In this document: piece by piece, positions 13,656 to 28,730 of the stretch
Layout of the letters: each line of letters starts with the position of its first letter
Numbering within the stretch: the first letter of the stretch is position 1
NCBI RefSeq assembly: GCF_009914755.1
Contig: NC_060947.1
Length of the DNA: 64,000 nt
Origin: the human T2T-CHM13v2.0 reference genome, Homo sapiens
Direction: 5' to 3' (one strand)
Translations under genes and position numbers: made by a program
The notes under the pieces: model-generated
Told to the model about the DNA's origin: nothing
Databases searched by the model: none
What the model saw: the letters and a program-made list of their open reading frames with translations, nothing else

Positions 13656-14238
13656 TTAGGCAAGAGTCTCTCCTTCTCAATTTTTTGAAATAGCTTCACT
13701 AGGATTAGTGCCAACTTTTCTTTATATGTCTGGTAGAATTTGGCTGTGAATCCATCTGGGCCAGGGCTTTTTCTTTTTGGTAAGCATTTTATTACTGATT
13801 CAAATTCAGAACACATTATTGAACTATTCAGGGTTTCAGTTCTTCCATGTTCAATCTTGGGAGGTTGTGTATTTTCAAGAATTTATCCATTTATTCTAGG
13901 TATTCTAGTTTGTGTGCATAGAGATGTTTGTAATAGTCTCTGAGGGATTTTGTATTTCTGTGGAGTTGGTAATGTCCCCTTTGCCATTTATGATTGTAGT
14001 TATTTGTATTTTCTCTTTTTCTTTATTAATCTAACTAGTGTTCTATCAATCTCATTTATTATTTCAAAGACCAGCTGAGGCTCACCTGTGCTTGCATTCT
14101 CAAAGCAATTGTTGGGGTGGGGGGGCGCTGTGGGCAAATGCATGCCAGCAAAGAAGTGGTGATAGGCTGCAGTGAGGGTAGGCTGTGGGTGATTTGGTGC
14201 ACATTGGACAGAGCCTGTCTGTTGGAGCCCTCCAATGG

Positions 14239-14875
14239 TGATATGCTTGGGCTTTGTATCCCCACCCAAATCTCATCTTGAATTGTAATCCGCATAATCT
14301 TCATAATCCCCACATGTCAAGGGAGAGAAAAGGTGAAGGTAATTGAATCACGTGGGCAGTTTCCCCTATGCCGTTCTCACGATAGTGAGTGAATTCACGA
14401 GATCTGATGGTTTCATAAGTGTCCAGCAATTCCCCTGAATGTAGTTCTTCCTGCTGCCTTCTGAAGAAGGTGCCTTTCTTTCTCTTCGCCATCTACCATA
14501 ATTATAAGTTTCCTAAGGCCTCCCGAGCCATGCTGAACTGTGAGTCAATTAAACCTGTTTCCTTTATAAATTACCTAGTCTTTGGTAGTATCTTTATAGC
14601 AGTGTGAAAACAGACTAATACAGTAAATTGGTACCACGGAGTGCGGTACTGCTATATTGATACTTGAAAATGTGGAAGCGACTTTGGAACTGGGTAACAA
14701 GCAGAGGTTGGAACAGTTTGGAGGGCTCAGAAGAAGACAGGAAGATGTGAGAAAGTTTGGAACTTCCTAGAGACTTGTTGAATGGTTTTGACCAAAATGC
14801 TGATAATGATCTGGACAGTGAAGTCTGGGCTGAGGTGGCCTCAGATGGAAATGAGGAACTTGTCAGAAACTGGAG
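14239..14875 (+). mobile_element. THE1 (C/D-like) LTR plus truncated internal segment
   Basis: LTR tgatatg...cagactaataca 14239-14622; internal gtaaattggtacc...gaggaacttgtcagaaactggag ends abruptly at 14875. Confidence 0.9.
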
Positions 14876-15799
14876 GTTCCTCCCCTTTCAGTCCAAGGTC
14901 AGCATCTTTCCTCCATCCACTCTCAATGCCCTCCTTCCGATGTTCTGCTTGGAGTGTGCCAGTCTTCTTGATGGTCTGGTCTCTCAGTGGGAGATGTTCT
15001 TTTTGCTGCATCTGGTCAGCCAATTTGGTTCTTTTCTTAGAAACTTTCTAATGCTACAGAAATGTATTTCTGTCTTTTTACGGTCAACCACTGTCCCCAG
15101 AAAGAGCTACTGTTATATTCATTGCCATAAATTAGATGCATCTTTTCTTGAACTTTAATAAAATCATGGCATATGTACTTCATTATTTTGTTTCCTTTGC
15201 TTAGAGTAAAATTTTGTGATTCATTCATGTATGATTACTTTGTTATTTTACTGCTGAGTGGTATTCAATTCCATGAACGCACCAGATGGACATTTGCGCT
15301 GTTTTCAGTTTGGGGCTATTATGAGTAATACTGCCATAAATATTTCTGCACAAGTCTCTAGAACTATATCGGCATTCACTTCTCCTGGGAGGAGAGCTGC
15401 TGTCATAATGTCAGATATAGCTTTAACTTTATTTGAAATTGCTAAACATTTTTTTCCAATATGGACACACTGTTTTCCAGTCCCAGTAGCAATGTATGAA
15501 AGTTTCACTTATTCCATGTCTTTGCCAAAATCTTCTATTTTTATTAATTTTAATGTGTGTCATTCCAATGTGGGTATAGTGATATCTTTTTGTGGTTCAA
15601 CTTACATTTTCCTAAATTAATATAATCTTAAATATTTGTTGTTAAACTTATGGGCTATTCTTCTATATTATTTTTTAAAGTGTTCAAACTTTTTTTCCAT
15701 TTTTGTTGTTATTAATTTTCAAGAATTTTTTAAACATTCATACACTTTGTCAGATGCAAGAATTTCAAATATTTTGCCTAGTTTATGATTTAACTTTTT

Positions 15800-16075
15800 C
15801 TTTTCCTTTTTTTTTTTTTTTTTTTGAGATGGAGTCTCATCCTGTTGCCCAGGCCAGAGTGCACTGGCAAGACCTTGGCTCACTGCAACCTCTGCCTCCT
15901 GGCTCAAGCGATCTTCCTGCCTCAGCCACCCAAATAGCTGTGATTACAGGCATGCACCACCACACCCAGCTAATTGTTGTATTTTTAGTAGAGACAGGGT
16001 TTCATCATGTTGGCCAGGCTGGTCTCAAACTTCTGACCTCAAGGGATCCACCTGTCTTGGCTTCCCAAAGTGCTA
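15800..16075 (-). mobile_element. AluS, 5'-truncated
   Basis: Poly-T then gagatggagtctc...cccaaagtgct; the first ~25 nt of the Alu are absent. Confidence 0.93.
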
Positions 16076-16960
16076 GAAACAGCTTTTTTTTTTTTTCTTA
16101 ATGACATCCTTCTATAAGCAGGGATTTTTTTTTTTTTTACTGTGTCCAATTTATTTCTTTTTATATTATTTTCAGCACAATGCCATTTGTGTCCTAATAA
16201 AGATTTGCTAATCATAATATCAAATATGTATTTTCTTCTAACAACTTTATTTTAACTTTTACATGTAAGTTTGTAATCCATCTTAAACTAAGTTTTCTAT
16301 AAGGTGTAAGGTAGGTGATGGTGTTGATTCATTAATTTTTTAGCATTAATATCCAGTTCATCCAGCACCATTTGTTGAAAACACTTTCCTCTTCCCATTT
16401 AATTTTATTAGGACTATTGTTGGAAATCAATTGACTGTGTATGTGTGGGTCTGCTTCAAGAATGTCTATTCTCTTCTTTAATCTATTTGTTTATCCTTAC
16501 GCCAGTGCTACATTTTCTATATTATTATGCCTTTAAAATATATATTGAAGATGGATGGATGAAGTCCTCTAACTTTCTTCTTCCTTGTCAAAATGGGTTT
16601 GGCTGTTCTAGGCCCTTGAATTTTAATTTGAATTTTAAAGTGAGTTTGTTAATCTCTGTAAAAATGCCTGCCTAGGCTTTGGCTGGGAATACATTGAAGC
16701 TACAGATTAATTTGGGAAGAATAGAAATCTTAAGAAGATTGTCTTCCAATCCATGTATATTTTATATACAGCTAATTTTTCTGAGTAACATTTGTAATCT
16801 TGCATGTAGAGTTCTGCCACATTTTTCCTTAATTTTCTTTTTTTAATTTTTCATTTATCACTCATATAATTATTTCTAATATATTGATATTGTTATAAAT
16901 GTACTTTTTAAGATTTCATTTTCTAATATCTTATTGACTATTTATAAAAAAGCAATTTTT

Positions 16961-17306
<346 letters not shown>

Positions 17307-17629
17307 CTAGTATTTTGTTTGTAGATATCTTTAAATTTTCTATGTATACAGTCATTTCTTCTGTAATTAACGACAGTGTTAATTAACCCTGTTCCATCCC
17401 TATGTCATCTATCTCTTTTTCTTGCTGTTTAAGCCATCCAATAAAATGCTAAAGTTGGGAAATTAGACATTCTTGTCCTATTTCTGATATTATAAGAAAT
17501 CATTAAATAAGTTATCATTGTCAAGTTAAGCTGAACATTTTTATAGATATATTTCATCAAATTTAGGAAGTTAACGTTTATTCTAAGTTTACTGAGAATT
17601 TTATCACAAAGAGGTGTTCAATTTCATAA

Positions 17630-18046
<417 letters not shown>

Positions 18047-18384
18047 TCATTTTCAAATATTAAGCAAACTTCTCATTCCTGGGATCATCCTACTTGGTCA
18101 TAACATATTGTCCTTTTAGTAGATTGCTGCATTCAATTTTCTAACATTTTAAATGGATGTTTGTGGCTATCTTAATGTGATGAATTTATTTTAAATTTTC
18201 TTTTCTTAATTGGATTGTGTAAAACTTATTTGGTTACTGTTAGAAACTTAAGATAAAAGAAACATTTTGCAGATAAGTGGGAAAATTGAAAACTGACTGA
18301 ATTTCTGACGATATTAAAAATCAAATATTTTTACACTTTCATTTCTTCTTGTGTTACATTGTGGTTCAGCCTTTAAAAACAACC

Positions 18385-19110
18385 ATTTTTTTCTGAAGTG
18401 TTTTGATTATTCTAGTTCCTTTACCTTTCTGTATATATTTCAGAATCAGCTTGTCTATATCTACAAAAAAATCCTATTGGGACTTCGAGATTGTGTTAAA
18501 CTATAATCAATTTGGGGACATTGACATCTTAACTATATTAAGTTTTACAATGTTTGAGCACAGAATTTCTCTTCAGATAGCTCCCAGTACTAGTGATGAC
18601 AGGCAGAAACTGGATCATTCAGACATTGCTGACAGAAAGGCAAAATGATCCAGTGATTCTAGAAAAAATCAGCTTCTTAAAAAGGTAAACACACAATTAC
18701 TGAATGACTGGACAATCCCAAAAATGTGAACAAATGTTTAGAGCAGCTCTATTCATAACTGCCAAAACTGGAAAAAACATCTCATTTCCATCACCTGTTG
18801 AAGGGATCAACTGACTAGTACGTCTATTAGTGGAACTCTAACCACTCAGCAATAAAAGGGAACAGGCAATTGATATATACAACTAGTTGGATAAACCTTA
18901 AAATATTATTCTAAGTGAAAGAAACCAGTTTCGAAAGGATATATACTGTATGATTTTGTTTATATGCCATTCTGGAAAAGGCAAGACTGTAGGGAATGGA
19001 AGAGATTAGCAATCTCCAGAGATAACTGCAAAGAACCCGCATAAGGGAAATTTTATGGCATTGCATACATAAGTCAATTATATAGTATTTAGCACATAAT
19101 GCAAAAAAAT
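18385..19110. mobile_element. Old L1M fragments: ORF2 antisense (18385-18575) abutting a sense 3' region (18575-19110)
   Basis: ttttcagaatcagcttgtc...tttggggacattgacatcttaac, then gaaactggatcattcagacattgctg...ctaagtgaaagaaaccag...ttctggaaaaggcaagact. Confidence 0.65.
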
Positions 19111-19489
19111 GCTTTTTTATTTTTTAACATAAAAGGTTTGGGCATGTTTCAAGTAACCTTGATACTTTGTCCATGCAAGAAGGGAGTATCATAACAACTT
19201 GATATTGCAGGCCAACAGCTCCCCTTTGTTTTAATTTATGTGTAAGATTCATGGAAGCAGTCCTTTCCTAAATTATTTAAGTACTTTGCCTTCTGACACA
19301 ACGTCCAAGGATTATTAGCCTTCTGCACAGATCTTGTGAAAAAAAGTAGCATCAAGCAGTCTAGGAGTTGGCCCTTTAGGAAGACAAACTAATCTAAACC
19401 ATAAAGTAAGAAAAGCTCTGATTCTAGAAGGAATACATGGAAAAACAAAAGAACACATTATTAAGAAAGAGCAGCAGGTAGAGTACTAT

Positions 19490-19880
19490 TTTTGAAAACA
19501 TAAATCAAATTATGTTAATGTTTTTCTCAAACTCTCCCATGGTTTCCCATCACATTTAATAAAAAATTTAAATACCTTATCATGTCTATAAAATTCAACT
19601 CGGTATGTTCCCCTTTTACCTCACTGACTTTACCTTGGCAGCTTTTGCTCCTTTTTCACTACACTTAGTTCATCTTGATTGCTTCATTTATTAAACACCT
19701 CGAACTCTTTGTTAACTTTCAGTTTCAGGTCAAATATTACTTATCTAAAGATTTTCTTTGATTGTCTAATTTTGCGTCCTCCCTCCCATTGTTCATGATC
19801 TTATCACCTATTTACTTCTTTCGTAACATTTTCTCACAGTCTGTAATTACCAGTTTTTTTATTCATTGTCTTCCAGTAGC
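19490..19880 (+). mobile_element. L2 fragment
   Basis: ctcaaactctcccatggtttcccatcacattta...ttcaggtcaaatattactt. Confidence 0.55.
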
Positions 19881-20269
19881 TAGTGGTCATTGCCTTTTTT
19901 CCTCTCCACTCCACTTCCTTTAAAAATGATGTTTCTTCTGGGTAGCAAAATAAGATGTATCTATTATCACAGTGTGTTGGGTGAGTCAGTAGTCCTTGAA
20001 TATGGATTTAAAATTTACTGCAGAAAAGGCCACATAAGTCATTTCATTCCTGACTTCTACTTTTGTGGTTAGCTTGCTTTAGAGCAATGGAGCATAGTTA
20101 TGTGAATAGTAGTAAAAATTAACCTCTTTTACATACCCTGCCACATCACAACCTACTTTACATTCAAAGTAATTATTGATAGATCACAACTTACTATTGA
20201 CATTTTGTTTATTATTTTTTGTTTTGTAAATCTCTTGTTCCTTTATTTCTCTTGTATTTTTCTACAATT

Positions 20270-20450
20270 TCACATGCATTATTTCAATTACCCTTCATAA
20301 TAACTCTGTGAGATGGGCTCTATTATTATCCCATTTAACAGATGAAGAAACGATGAAACTATTCAAGATCATATTACAACCAGAAAACAGCAAGTTGAAG
20401 ATTCAACCTAGGGCTCTCTGTGTGCCTATGAAGCTTAAACTTCTTTTTTT
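20270..20450 (-). mobile_element. MIR
   Basis: aactctgtgagatgggctctattattatcccatttaacagatgaagaaac. Confidence 0.75.
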
Positions 20451-22358
20451 ACTTTTAAGTATTTCATCTAAAAACAATCAAAGAAATAAAAACAAATAAA
20501 CAAAGAAAACTTAATCACAAAAAGAGAAGCCCACAGGAAATTCACAAAAGGAAATAAAGTAAAAAGAGAACTGCCATAGTAACTACAATTCATAATTTTT
20601 TGATTTTTCACAATGATCCTCTAGCCCCTGATCTGTGCATGATGTGGTGGTATGTACTAAAGATGTCACACCAGGGAAAATCAAGAATTAAGGTGTCTAT
20701 TCACATAGGCTGGAATTTTTTTCGAAGTCACCCTGAGTGTGTGATATTCAGGGGCACGTACAGTGAAGGGAATAGAGCAATTTGAGAAGGCTTAATATGG
20801 AGGACTTTTAGATTTGTGTGCAGATATAAATATGCATATTGGGAATGGCTTTAAACTCAGCTGATGGATTCTTTGCTCCTCAAAGTTTTTAATTTTTAAC
20901 CAGCCACTACCTTTGAGATAATATGTTGGTGGGACAGGAACAATGGATTTTCACCCCCATATCTTTTTATGAAATCCTCTCTTCAAAAGATATCTACCAA
21001 CGAAGCACCTATTGTTGACATAACTTGGGCAGTTAGGAAAATTATTTTTAATTTTTACATATGGATGACACACGTCATATGCACACACACACAAAGACAC
21101 ACAACCACATTAAGCTTTGTAAAAATCAATGTTGCATTTGCGTTGAGTGTATGAATACAGGATGTTCTGAATTTTTAATTCTCCTGATCATATTGCACAT
21201 CCATACTTTTGAAATCATTCTTTGGTCTGCTCACTTTAAGAATAAACTGAGCATTGATTTTTTTATTGTATTGATTTCCCTGTGCATTTAAGTTTCTATT
21301 TGTGAGGCATATAAGTAATTGAGATATCATCTTATTGGGCATTGTAATTGTCTATCTACAAACATTTATTTCACATGTGTTACTGGCAACATTGTTATTA
21401 TATTGATAAAACATGGGAGGAAGCTAAAATTATGAGTTTACTAAATGTCTTCATTTCCAGGTTTAGGCAATCTGGGGTAGGTTTAACGTTGTGTGTAAGA
21501 CGGTCTACACAATGGCAAATAAATGTAGTTTTGTGAAATTGCTCTGTAAGGACAATTGCTTCATTTCTTTTCTATGTCATTTTCTGAAGATGGAAGTACC
21601 CAAATTTGGCTCTCAGTTACTCTGATTCTCACTTGGATATAGTATTATTATGTAACTTTCTAGCTTGCTTCAAATAATTAGTTTTAATCTTCCAACTGTA
21701 AATTTGGGAATACTTGTTAAATTTGGAGCCAGAGACCTGGCCTAAACCTGTCCTTTGACCCAGTGCTGGGGGCCTCAGCCTCTGTGAATACAGAAGAACT
21801 AATAAAGCAATGTTTCTCCAACCTTGATAAGCCCTAGTTCATTCAAGGGACATGATGTAGAGCTGCACATAGAGATGGACCGCTAAGACAGTGACTTGTA
21901 CTGACAGTGCTGAGGGTCTGTCCCGCAGCTGACGTATTAGAATGGAGAGGGGGTATACTTATTAGGAAGTCCCAAGAACACAAGCACCCTCTTATATCAT
22001 TAAAGGAAACGTGAATTGCTACATATATTTTTTTAGAAAGAATCTGGCAGTTTCTATTAAAAGGTAAAAATGCACATAATTTTTGACTCAGCATTTTCAC
22101 TGTTGCATATCTATCACACAAACATAAGAAAAATGTTACGTATGTTGTCTAACCGTGTTCTTTGTAGTGGCCCAAACTCACACAGAACAACAGCGACAAC
22201 AACAACAAACAAAACAACTGCCAAAGACTTAAAATTAGGAAAAATTGATATGATACTATGTAGGTATTTTTAAAATGAGCTAAATCTGCAGCTATCGACT
22301 AAAAGGGCTCTCTGTGAAGCATGATTTAGTGCAAACTCAGTGAATAAAAAGGAAAATA

Positions 22359-22648
22359 GGCTGGGCGCGGGGGCTCACGCCTCTAATTCCACCACTTTGG
22401 GAGGCGGAGGCAGGTGGATCATGAGGTCAGGTGTTCAAGACCAGCCTGGCCAAGATGGTGAAACCCCGTCTCTACTAAAAATACAAAAATTAGCCAGGTG
22501 TGATGGTGAGTGGCTGTAATCCCAGCTACTCAAGAGGCTGAAGCAGGGAATTACTTGCCTGGGAGGCAGAGGTTGCAGTGAGCCGATATTGTGCCGTTGC
22601 ACTCCAGCCTAGGCGACAGAGCGAGACTCCATCTCAGAAAAAAAAAAA
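22359..22648 (+). mobile_element. AluS (Sg-like)
   Basis: ggatcatgaggtcagg...cctggccaagatgg; TSD aaaaaggaaaa. Confidence 0.95.
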
Positions 22649-22683
22649 GGAAAAGAGTGTACGGTGCACACGTAGATAGATAG

Positions 22684-23035
<352 letters not shown>

Positions 23036-23379
23036 AAAAAAGTATTTATAGTGATACAGAAGGAGATTGGGTTTTTTTGTTTATATATCTGTGAATTTTT
23101 TTTAACTTGATAGGCTAAGCTTATATTAATTTGGAATTTAAAAGTAAATTAAAAAGGATAGCAGCCTCCATAGTATTCTGCACTACCTCCTTTACTATGC
23201 CCCACATGCTGTATCAGAATGTGTTTGGAAAAGACTCCAAATGTTTAGGAGGCTATTCATAAAAGAATATAGTATTTATCAATCCTCCTACTGAAAACAG
23301 GTTTACAGATTATTTCATGAAATCCTCTTAATATCCAGATGAGGATGTAGAGTTTCCTTTTTGCTATAACAGTCTCTAT

Positions 23380-24276
23380 GATTTTAGAGGCATTCTCTCT
23401 CAAATTCACTCTCAATGTTCCTATCTATGATGGCTGTCTTCCAATAGTATATATCCAGCCCAATCATTTCACCTGAATTTCAGACTACTTTAAAAGCTCA
23501 CTCATGTTACCTAGAACTCCTCAAAAGAGTTGTCTTCTACCCCCTCACCACTTCTTTCTTGAAACCACTACCATCAGATTTTTTTTCTTCACAATCCACT
23601 GAAATTATTCTTGTTGTGGTCATCAAGGATTTTTGTCTTTAAATCCAATAATCAGTTCTCATATCCCATTTTGCTTGAACAATGATTAATATTTAGTACA
23701 GTTTATCACTCCCTTTTCCTGAAACATTCTCTTTCTCTGCTTTTAATATGTTCATCTGCATATGACACAACTACTGTAGTCATCTTTTAACTATGGCACT
23801 ATAAATCACCACATTGAATATGGTAAAGCAGAAAAAAAGAAACTTGGATCTTGATGATTCGGTGAATTGCTGAACTTATTAAATCTGAAACTTCTCATCT
23901 CTTAATTTCTTGTTGTACAAGAGAGTAACTTCTCCTGATTGTTAGAAATATGTTCAGTTGGCTATTCTGTTACTTGCAGCTGAAGTTACGTTAATTGATA
24001 CACTTCCAAATATATCCTTCTGGCCCAGACTTCCCTGCTATACTTCACACTCTGTATTCAGCTGTCTACTTGATATTCCCACTTGGATGTCTAATAAGCA
24101 TTTTAAATTTAACATGTTCAAAACTACTGTTTAACACAGCCTTTTGAAACGTACCCCTCCCCCAGCTTCCGTTCATTTAATAATGGTACCAACATTTACC
24201 TGGATATCGGAGTTTCTTTTCTTTATTGCCTCATGTACAATTCATCGGCAACCCTGTTGACTTTATATTTAAATTA
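23380..24276 (+). mobile_element. L2 fragments, with an MLT1J/K-like LTR piece at about 23760-24002
   Basis: L2: cagctgtctacttgatattcccacttggatgtctaataagcattttaaatttaacatg. MLT1 end: ctattctgttacttgcagctgaag...ttgataca. Confidence 0.65.
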
Positions 24277-24926
24277 TAATACTCCTCTCTTGTTCCCATG
24301 GGATAAATCCCAGGACCCCCATGAGATGCCTGAAACCACAGATAGTTACAAACTTTATATACACCATGTTTTTTCCTGTACATACACACCTATGATAGTG
24401 TAATTTATAAATTAGGCATGCTGAGATGAACAGCATAACCAATAATAAAATAGAACAATTATAGCAATATATTGTAATGCAAGTTATGTGAATGTGGTAT
24501 CACTCTCTCTCTCTCTCAAAATATCTTATTGTACTCTACTCACCCTTTTTCTTGTGATGATGTGAGATGGTTAAATGACTACATGATAAGATTGAGGTGA
24601 ATGACATAGGCATTATGATATAAATGGAAAATTCCAGAAATAAACATCTCATAAATTTTCAGTTGAGTGGCATTCTTAGTAGCACATTTAAATTTAACAC
24701 CACCCTGCTCTGTCCTGCTCAGATTGTCATTAATCACTTATTAACAGTCTTGGTTTATCAGATTGACTGTGATGGGCTCACAGTGTTTTTAGTCAAGTAA
24801 CTTATATTTTACTTAATAATAGATGGTCCCGAAGCACAAAAGTAGTAATGTAATATTTTTGACTGTGATTGACTGCTGGTAACAGAAGCTGTGGAAAGTG
24901 GAACTGAGGATAAGGGAAAACTACTG
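24277..24926. mobile_element. MER44 family (Tigger7-derived) DNA transposon
   Basis: gacccccatgagatgcctgaaaccacagatagt...; right terminal inverted repeat ggataagggaaaactactg followed by TA; degenerate left repeat preceded by TA. Confidence 0.85.
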
Positions 24927-25025
24927 TATGTCCTGAGTCAAATCACTTGTCATCATGTTTATTACCATTATATTTTAGTCAAAAGCTATATGATCTCCAG
25001 CCCATGATCATAGAATGTGTTTCCA

Positions 25026-25028
<3 letters not shown>

Positions 25029-25063
<35 letters not shown>
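25029..25063. repeat. (TG)n microsatellite
   Basis: Pure TG run of about 17 units. Confidence 0.95.
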
Positions 25064-25067
<4 letters not shown>

Positions 25068-26393
25068 TCTCCTCTTCAATTTTTTCATCAGTGTTTTATA
25101 GCTCATATTGTAGAAATCTTTCACCTCCTTAGCTAGACTTATTACTAGTTATTATTTAAGATATTGGAAATGTGATTACTTTCTTGATTTCTTTTTCAGC
25201 AAGTTTACTATTGTTATATAGAAATGCTACTGATTTTTGTATGTTTATTTTGTATCCTGCAACTTTACTGAATTAATGTATCAGTTCTAACAATATTTTT
25301 GGTAGAGATTTTAGATTTTTTATATATAAGATCATATTCCTCTGTTGATGGACCTTAGGTTACTTCCAAATCTTTGCTATTGTGAATAGTGCTACAAGAA
25401 ACACGAAAGTGCAGATACATATTCAAAGAACTGTTTTCCGTTCTTTCAAGTATACACCTAGCAATGGGATTTCTTGATCATATGGTAGTTCTATTTTTAG
25501 TTTTTTGAGGAACCTCCAACTGTTCTCCATAGTGGTTGTACTAACTTCCATTCCTACCAAGAGTCTGCAAGGGTTCCCTTTTCTCCACATCCTCACCAGC
25601 ATTTATTGCCTATCTTTTGGCTAAAAGCCATTTTAAATGGGGTGATAATATCTCATTATAGTTTTGACTAGCATTTCTCTGGTAATAAATGATGCTGAGG
25701 ACCTTTTCATATACCTGTTTGCCATGTGTTTGTCTTCTTTAGAGAAATGTCTATTCAGAAATTTTGCCTATTTTTAAATTGAATTATTATATTTTTGTAG
25801 TTGTTTAAATGCCATATATATTCTGGTTATTAAACTCTTGTCAGATGGAGAATTTGTAAATATATTCCCCCATTCTATGAATTGTTTCTTCACTTTGTCT
25901 CCTTTGCTTTGCCAGAGCTTCTTAATTTCATGTAATCCCATTTGTCCATTTGTGCTTTGCTTGCCTGTGATTGCAGGGTTTTACTGAAGAAATCTTTAGC
26001 CAGTACAATGTGCTGGAGTGTTTCCCCATATTTTTTTTGGCATTTTCATACTTTGAGGTCATCTATTTAAGTATCTAAATCACTTTGATTTTTGTTTATG
26101 ATGAATGATAGGGCACTAGTTTCATTCTTCTGCATATGCATATCCTGTTTTCTCAGCACAATTTGCTAAAAAGACTGTCCTTTTCACAACGTGTGTTCTT
26201 GGTATCTTTGTCAAAAATGGGTTCACTGCAGATGCATGTACTTATTATTTTTGTTTAGTTCATCATTTAATTTTTCTGCTTAAAATATGAGTAGTTTATA
26301 CACCACAATTACACTATTATACTATTCTGTGTTTTTCTGCATCTTACTATTACCAATGAGTGTTATATATTCAGATTGTTTCTTATTGCTCAT

Positions 26394-26746
26394 TGTATTA
26401 GTCTGTTCTCACACATCTAAGAAAGACATACCCAGTACTGAGTAATTTATGAAGGAAAGAGTTTAACTGACTCACAGTTCCACATGGCTGGGGAGGCCTC
26501 ACAATCATGGGGGAAGGCAAAGAGGAGAAAAGCACGTCTTCTATGGTGGCAGGCAAGAGACCATGTGCAGGAGAACTCCCCTTTATAAAACCATCAGATC
26601 TTGTGAGACTTACTCACTACCACAAGAACACTATGTGGGAAACTGCCCCCATGATTCAATTACTGCTACCTGGCCCCGCCCTTGACACATGGGAATTATT
26701 GCAATTCAAGGTGAGATTTGGGTATGGTCACAGCCAAACCCTATCA
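26394..26746 (-). mobile_element. THE1 (B/C-like) solo LTR
   Basis: tgtattagtc...cagccaaaccctatca; 5-bp TSD ctcat/ctcaa. Confidence 0.92.
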
Positions 26747-28730
26747 CTCAATGTCCATTTATTTCAGACTATAAATTTCCTTTAGCATTTCTTTTAATAT
26801 GGGTCTCATGGTGATAAAGTAACTCAGCATTTGTTTGTCTGGGAAATACTTTATTTCTCCTTCATATCTGAAGGATATTTTCACCAGATATACTCTTCTG
26901 GGTTATAAGTTTTGTTTTTCTTCAGCACTTTAAATAGGTTGATACAGTTTGGATCTGCGTCTGCACCCAAATCTCATGTCAAATTGTAAACCCCAATGTG
27001 GTCTGATGGGAGGTGATTGGATCACAGGGACAGTTTCTGATGGTTTAGCACCATCCCTACTGCTGTTCTCATAATAGAGTTCTCATGAGATCTGGTTGTT
27101 TATAAGTGTGTAGCACCTTCCCACTCTCCGTCTTTCTCCTGCACATGTGATAAGTGCTGGCTCCTCCTTCACCTTCTGCCATGATTGTAAGTTTCCTGAG
27201 GCCTCCCCAGAAGCAAAGCAGATGATCATCCTTCCTGTACAGACTGCTAAACTGTGAATCAATTAAACCTCTTGTCTTTATTAATTATCCAGTCTCAGGT
27301 ATTTTTTATAGTAGTATCAGGATGGATTAATACAGAAAATTCATACCAAGGAGAGGGACATTATTATAAAGATACCTGAAAATGTGGAAGCAACTTGGCA
27401 ATTTTGTAGCAGGCAGAAGTTGGAAAAGCTTAGAGGAATCAGAGGAATACAGGAACATGAGGGAGAATTTGGAACTTCCTAGAGACTTGTTGAATAGTGA
27501 CCAAAATACTGATAGTGATATAGACAATGAAGTCCATGCTGTGGAGGTCTCAGATGAAAATGAGAAACTTATTAAAAACTGGAGTGAAGGTCACTTTTGC
27601 TATGCTTCAGCAAAGAGACTGGTAGCATTGTGCCCCTGCTCTAGGGATCTGTGGGACTTTTACCTTGAGAGTGATAATTTAGGGTTTCTGGTGGAAGACG
27701 TTTCTAAGCAGCAGAGTGTTCAAGATGTAGCCTGGTTGCTTATAACAACCTATGCTTATATAAGTGAGCAAAGACATTACCAGAAACTGGAACTTATATT
27801 GAAAACGGAAGCAGAGTGTAGAAATTTGGAAAATTTGTAGCCTGGCCATGTATTAGAAAAGAAAAGCTCATTTTTATATGAAGAGTTTAGGCTGGCTGAG
27901 AAATTCGCATAAGTTAAAAAGCCAAATACCTATTTCCAAGATAATGGGGAGGCCTAGAAGGCTTTTTAGAGAACTTTGTAGCAGCCCCTCCCATTACACG
28001 CCTGGAGGCCTTAAAGGGTAGAATGGTTTTGTGGGCCAGGCCTAGGGCCTGCTGTCCTATGCATCCTCGAGACACCGCTCCCTGCATTCCATCCACTATA
28101 GCTCTAGCCAGGGCTCAAAAGCGCCCAGGTATAGCTCAGGCTGCTGCTTCAGACAATGCAAGCCCTAAGTCTTGGAGGCTTCCATGTGGTGTTAAGTCTG
28201 GTTGTGCCAAATTCAAGAGTTGAGGCTTGGAAGCCTAGATTTTAGAGGATGTATGGAAAAGCATGGATGTCCATACAGATGCCTGCTTCAGGGATGTCCA
28301 GATAGATGCCTACCTACTTCAGAGAACCTCTACTAGGGCAGTGCGAAGGGAAAATGTGAAGAATCCCTGCATAGAGTTCCCACTGGGGCACTGCCTAGTG
28401 AAGCTACAAGAAGAGGGCCACTGTCCTCCAGAAATTGAAATGGTAGAGCCACCAACAGCTTGCACCTGGAAAAGCTGTAGGCACTCAATGCCAGCCAATG
28501 AAACTGCCATGGAGGAAGTACTCTACAAGTCCTCACGGTGAAGCTTCCCAAGGCCTTGGGAAATCACTGTGACCTGAATGTGAGACATGGAATCAAAGAA
28601 GATTAGTTTGGCGCTTTGAGATGTAATTATTGTCCTGCTTCATTTTGGACTTGAACACGGCCTGTAGCCCCTTTATTTTGGCCAACTGCTTCCTTTTGTA
28701 ATAAGAGTACTTACCCAATGCCTGTATGCC

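Noticed and set aside
18385-19110. Possible second, ancient 5'-inverted L1
   Set aside because: Opposite-orientation fragments abut, but I could not find a convincing TSD, so a single event is not supported.
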